This document shows, piece by piece, positions 59,707 to 64,000 of a stretch of 64,000 nucleotides of DNA. The position numbers were made by a program, and so were the translations under genes. The stretch comes from Marsupella aquatica (lineage: Eukaryota; Plantae; Marchantiophyta). The stretch spans positions 3,025,659 through 3,089,658 of the forward strand of contig OZ316895.1 in NCBI GenBank assembly GCA_973895155.1. Reading direction: 5' to 3'. The notes beneath the pieces are model-generated. The model was not told the origin of the DNA, searched no databases, and worked only from the letters and a program-made list of their open reading frames with translations. Within the stretch, counting starts at the first letter, position 1, and every line of letters begins with the position of its first letter.

Positions 59707-61139
59707 TGGTAGTCCAGCTCCCTGATTCCCCTCTTCGTCTCGGCTCCTCACCTGCAAGATTGCTGTACAGCCCTGCCAAACCCACCTTGCTAGAGCAACC
59801 CTTATAGTCTTATCCCTCTGGTATTCGGATTGCAACTCCAACTATGGCTGCCTTCTTTCCCATGTACAATAGTCTTCCCTCCTACACTAACCTTGCTCAT
59901 GCTGTCTCGTGGCCCAAGAGCAGCTCCTTCTGTGCAAATCCATGACTAAGTACAGTTGAAAAAGCACCCAGAGATGCAACCGTCCGCTACTTTTCCCGTG
60001 ATGTGTATCGTTTTCCACAGTGAAAATGCCGCTCATCTCCTCGTGCTCATCCAAAATGTACTACATACTCAATCATGAGCTTTAGCATCGTCACTCTTCA
60101 TCCCCTTGCCTTGTGAAACTGATACTGCACGGTGAAGGCAACTTGGTGCTGGAAAGAACTTGGTGCTCGGATTCATCCGCCAACCTTTTGAGGGATCAAC
60201 ATGTTGAAGACAACCATATTTTAAACCTTCAACTTGGGCGATTCACAATTTCACACTCATCTCAGGATATTCTCCGTTAAACTATAGCACGGTTCCATAG
60301 GCAGCTAGCTGAATGAGTGAAGAAAGACATCACTTCGGAATCTTACGTCCTTCAACTTCCTAGAAAGCAACCACACGTTATACTCGGTGAAATCCTCAGG
60401 ACGGGAGTGTTTCTGATCCTAGTGGTTTAGCCAACAATTGATATTTTACTCGAATGCCTGACATCAGCATATCGTGCACCACGAGCTCAATTTCAAGTTG
60501 TCAAGGTTTGTAAATCCACCGTCTTAGCCCTTAACTTCCATTAGCTGGTGAGACAATGATGAAATTGGACAGAGGTCCCCGATCTATCATCTATCGGGAC
60601 TCTACAGTGCAATATAGAAGAGTGGACAAGGCACTGACGCTTTTTGAAGTGGAACTGTGGATCAGTGTGGAACTCTTTGGACCACCATGCACAATGCTGA
60701 AACGTCTTCCTCGTGGGGAATCAGAACCGACACTACTGTCCGGACGATTTCTGGGTAACTTGTGGATCACATGTCGAGAGCCACCTCCACGTGAGAAGTG
60801 CCTTCGATGTCATTCTTAATTATAGAACAAGTTTGAGCACCCTAATTTTTAAAGTTTTTCCTTTTTAGACTCTCCCATAACTCTGGTAATTAAGGAACTA
60901 ACAAGATCAGGTAACATTGATCCGTCCCATAACTCTGGTAATTAAGGAAACTCACATAAAAGTTATGGGGAGCCTATCTTCATCTACACTAAGGAAAGGC
61001 TGCAGGCTTAACTCATAATTTTCTTGTCACTTTAGGAGCAAATTCAGAAATCCTAAAATCCAAGCTTAACCCATAACTTTCTTGTAACTTTAGAAGCAAA
61101 TTCAGAAACCCGAAAATCCAAGACTTGGAAACTCTGGAA

Positions 61140-61384
61140 AACCACAACTGAAGGCATGTAGGCTTGGCGCTTGACATGGTGAAAGCTGCTGCATTTGAGG
61201 TGACGGCTGATCAAGAATGAAGGAATACAGAATTTTAGGCTATGAGACAGGTGAGGCCTAACTCCTGCCTTATGGGACGGATCAATGTTACCTGATCTAA
61301 TTTTTAAAATTACATAATCGGGTTCCATAAGTGGACTTATGGGATATACCACAAATTCACTAATGACCCAGCTTTGAGACGCCC
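61140..61384 (-). mobile_element. Inverted partial copy of the MITE at 29686-30156
   Basis: taggctatgagacaggtgag...ttatgggatataccac...cactaatgacccagctttgagacgccc is the reverse complement of about 29686-29900. Confidence 0.7.
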
Positions 61385-61824
61385 TAATGTCATCTTGTGA
61401 AGAAAAAGAAAGATGCTACAAAAATTCATGATCTAATATTCATAAATTAATTCCTGACCATCAGATGTCCCTAGATTTAAGGACTGTACTGAGTGTTAGA
61501 TTCTGACTGATGGCTTATGTGGGTAGGTTGGAAACTTGCTACTATTGATAAAGCAAAGCTACTGTAGTGGATTCTAGCCTAAGGGGGAGAAGGTTTTTCA
61601 CAAGGTATAATCTAGCTAAGGCCAGTACAAAAAGCCCGGTTTGCAGCAGTACAGTACAGTAATTGGCAAAAGGGAGGTCTCCAGTCCTGCACTCACAAAA
61701 ACCATTGTAGATGTGTTTTCCCTTCATCCACCCACAGGCCATATAAAAGGGGAAGTGTCCAAGACCTCCCCCTTTTTCCTCATTACAACTCCTCTCCTCT
61801 CATGCCATTTTGCTCCACACTAAT

Positions 61825-62030
61825 TAGTGAAACCTGGTGGATCCAAGCTTTAACATGGCTAGTGTAGTGGCTGTGTCTTTTTTTAGTGTAATAATTAGTG
61901 AATCTGGTGGATCCAAGTTTTAACATGGCTCCTGTGGTGGCTGTGTCTTTTTTGACTGTAAATAGAAACCTGGTGGATCCAAGTTTTAACATGGCTACTG
62001 TAGTGGCGGTGTCTTTTTTTTTTTAATGTA
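61825..62030. repeat. About 65-72-bp tandem repeat, 3 copies
   Basis: ctggtggatccaagYtttaacatggct...gtggcKgtgtctttttt at about 61833, 61904 and 61970. Confidence 0.85.
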
Positions 62031-64000
62031 AATAGAATGTGAGGACATTTAGGAAGCCCAGTGTGCCATTTCCAGAGACACACCCTGCCCCCAACCCACG
62101 TGAGTACGTTACTCACTTAGGCCCCCACCCAAATTCAGATACTCGAGTTTCTCGCCGCCGCAGACATTCTGAGTTCAGTTCTGGAGTTGACAGACTTGAC
62201 AGACTTGACGTCATCAACTTGAAAATAAATCACTCATGATCGACAATAAGTTGTCGAGATGTGCATTTATGGTCTGCTACAAAACAAAGTCATGGTAGTA
62301 CATCTGCCATGTTTACGTATGCCTTGTGCAGATCGACTTTTTGTCCATCCAATCGGTGCGAGTTCTCGAACTTTAGTTCCAAGAGATGAAGTTTTGGGGT
62401 TGTTTGTAAGTTGGGCTTCGCTGTCGAGAAGTAATTGACTTGTTTCGTCGAAGACTCCATACATGAGTGTAAAAATAATGTTGACCACTGCCGTAAACTG
62501 TTTCTAGCTAGACAGCGCTCATCACTGCTAGTCTTCTTGGGATCCATGCATTAATTCTGCTCGGATATGTATTTTTATTTGGAGTTGTGGCTTGATCTAG
62601 AAAGGTCGCCCACGTTCACAGTAGCTAAAAAGGAGTATACACCTACAAGGGCCCTTTGCACCAAATCACCCATCTGGGCTGAAGAAGGAGAGAATTGAAT
62701 CAATGTAGTCTCTAACCAAGCCAGAACGTACCGAAAATCAAAGCTGAATCGAAGAAAAACTGTCTCACAACGAATCCTCTGTGGTAATAAGTGCCGAGTC
62801 TGTTAATCTGTTAATAAGCTAGATGAACCGTCGGACAATTCGTCAAGATGGCCCTCAGGTATCCGTCTATAGCACGTTCAGATCGATGCTGCTCCGAAAG
62901 TATTACTTCAAGTGATTAGTCTGCGCAAAATCAAGGCTTATCGTGACCAGAAAAGTCCTTGGCCAAATAATGCGTCACGGACTCTTTTGGCACTAAGAAT
63001 AACAGAGTCACGAGAAATGCCCCAGAGCACAATCAACAAAAACAACGATACTGATTTCAGCGAACAGTGCATGAGGTGAACGTTGACATCACAAAAATCA
63101 AAGTTCCAAGTGACCTTTTGAAAAATCTACTGTGATAAAGAATACATTAGAAAGAGACCCGAGTCGCAAGAAAGGTCCATCCCTGTGGAGGAAACTTGAT
63201 GGAAGAGTGTGTTGAAAAGACGAATAAGTTGGACGAAACTCTCGAAGCGTACCTGATCAATGCGCATGGAAGAGAGATCAGAGTAAAAACATTTTGGACG
63301 ACTGCACCAAGGCAGGTGGGACTTCTACATATTTGTATATACAGAAATCCATGTGCCAAATCAAGAGCTACAGGTGGATGTCTCGTCGTGAGAATTAGTC
63401 AGGGACTGTTCGCACTCTAAAATCGTTTCAATTGCGACATAAGCTTGTGAACACCTTCCCAGTCGAAAAATAGAGAGAACCAATTTACCCTGAACGAGTG
63501 CCAACGAAGAACAACGAGAGAAAAAGGGGAAGAGGTCCCGAGAGAACCAAACAAAACAAGAACCAAAGAGGGAAATTTTAAAAGCCACCTTTCCAGTCAT
63601 GTACATATAATCTTATGTTCGCGGCCTCTTGCGTATGCAAGTGGGATGTTCGTCTCTTGGAGACACATGATTTGGGTCCATGTCAGTCGATGGAATGTCG
63701 GAAGCACATCTCCAGGATGCTGTGTTCGGAAGGAAGACTCCTAGTTCCTGCTTGCATGAAATGCTAAAGAATCTTCGACATAAACGGAAACACGTTTCAA
63801 ACTAGAGCCCCAACACGAATCTGTACAGATCCTCCTCAATTGTTCCTAATGACGGTGGCAATGATGACGTCAACTTCGAGGGAGTAGGTTGGACTGGCAT
63901 TCTCCAAGACGTCAACTGCAGTCACGGTGGAGTAAAACTTGCAGCCCCGCACTATCTTCTGGAGTGCAATAGATAAAATTGAAGGAAACGAAACACTAGA

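Noticed and set aside
59707-59841. N-terminal extension of the PRISE ORF (likewise 5770-5787 for PLA1)
   Set aside because: These begin at non-ATG codons chosen by the ORF caller; the first in-frame ATGs (59706 and 5788) were used instead.

Overview
Plant nuclear DNA with spliceosomal introns; a non-seed land plant is plausible, but the species cannot be determined from this window. Host genes: an intronless DAD1-like phospholipase A1 (5788-7704, +), a bifunctional thiamine gene TH1 (52460-57494, +), an intronless PRISE/VEP1-type reductase (59706-58573, -), and a locally duplicated block (about 30.4-47.6 kb) holding two At4g22030/PF14476-like genes, M28 (ERMP1-like) peptidase pseudogene pieces and two paralogous transmembrane microprotein ORFs. 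The main finding is a complete 14.7-kb CACTA/EnSpm-type DNA transposon (10514-25203; 14-bp TIR CACAACTACATTTT, 2-bp TSD GA). Besides a divergent TnpA-like/TnpD gene pair, it carries (i) a SET-domain exon that can splice in frame to the first transposase exon as an alternative terminal exon, (ii) a stand-alone BRCT-domain ORF, and (iii) six clusters of an ACGACGT motif located in its non-coding parts. Together these suggest a transposon-encoded chromatin-targeting or anti-silencing system (inference). Nested in the TnpA-like gene is a 4.2-kb TG...CA insertion with a 5-bp TSD that looks like a solo LTR containing its own long ORF. All domain calls come from reading motifs by eye; no database searches were run.
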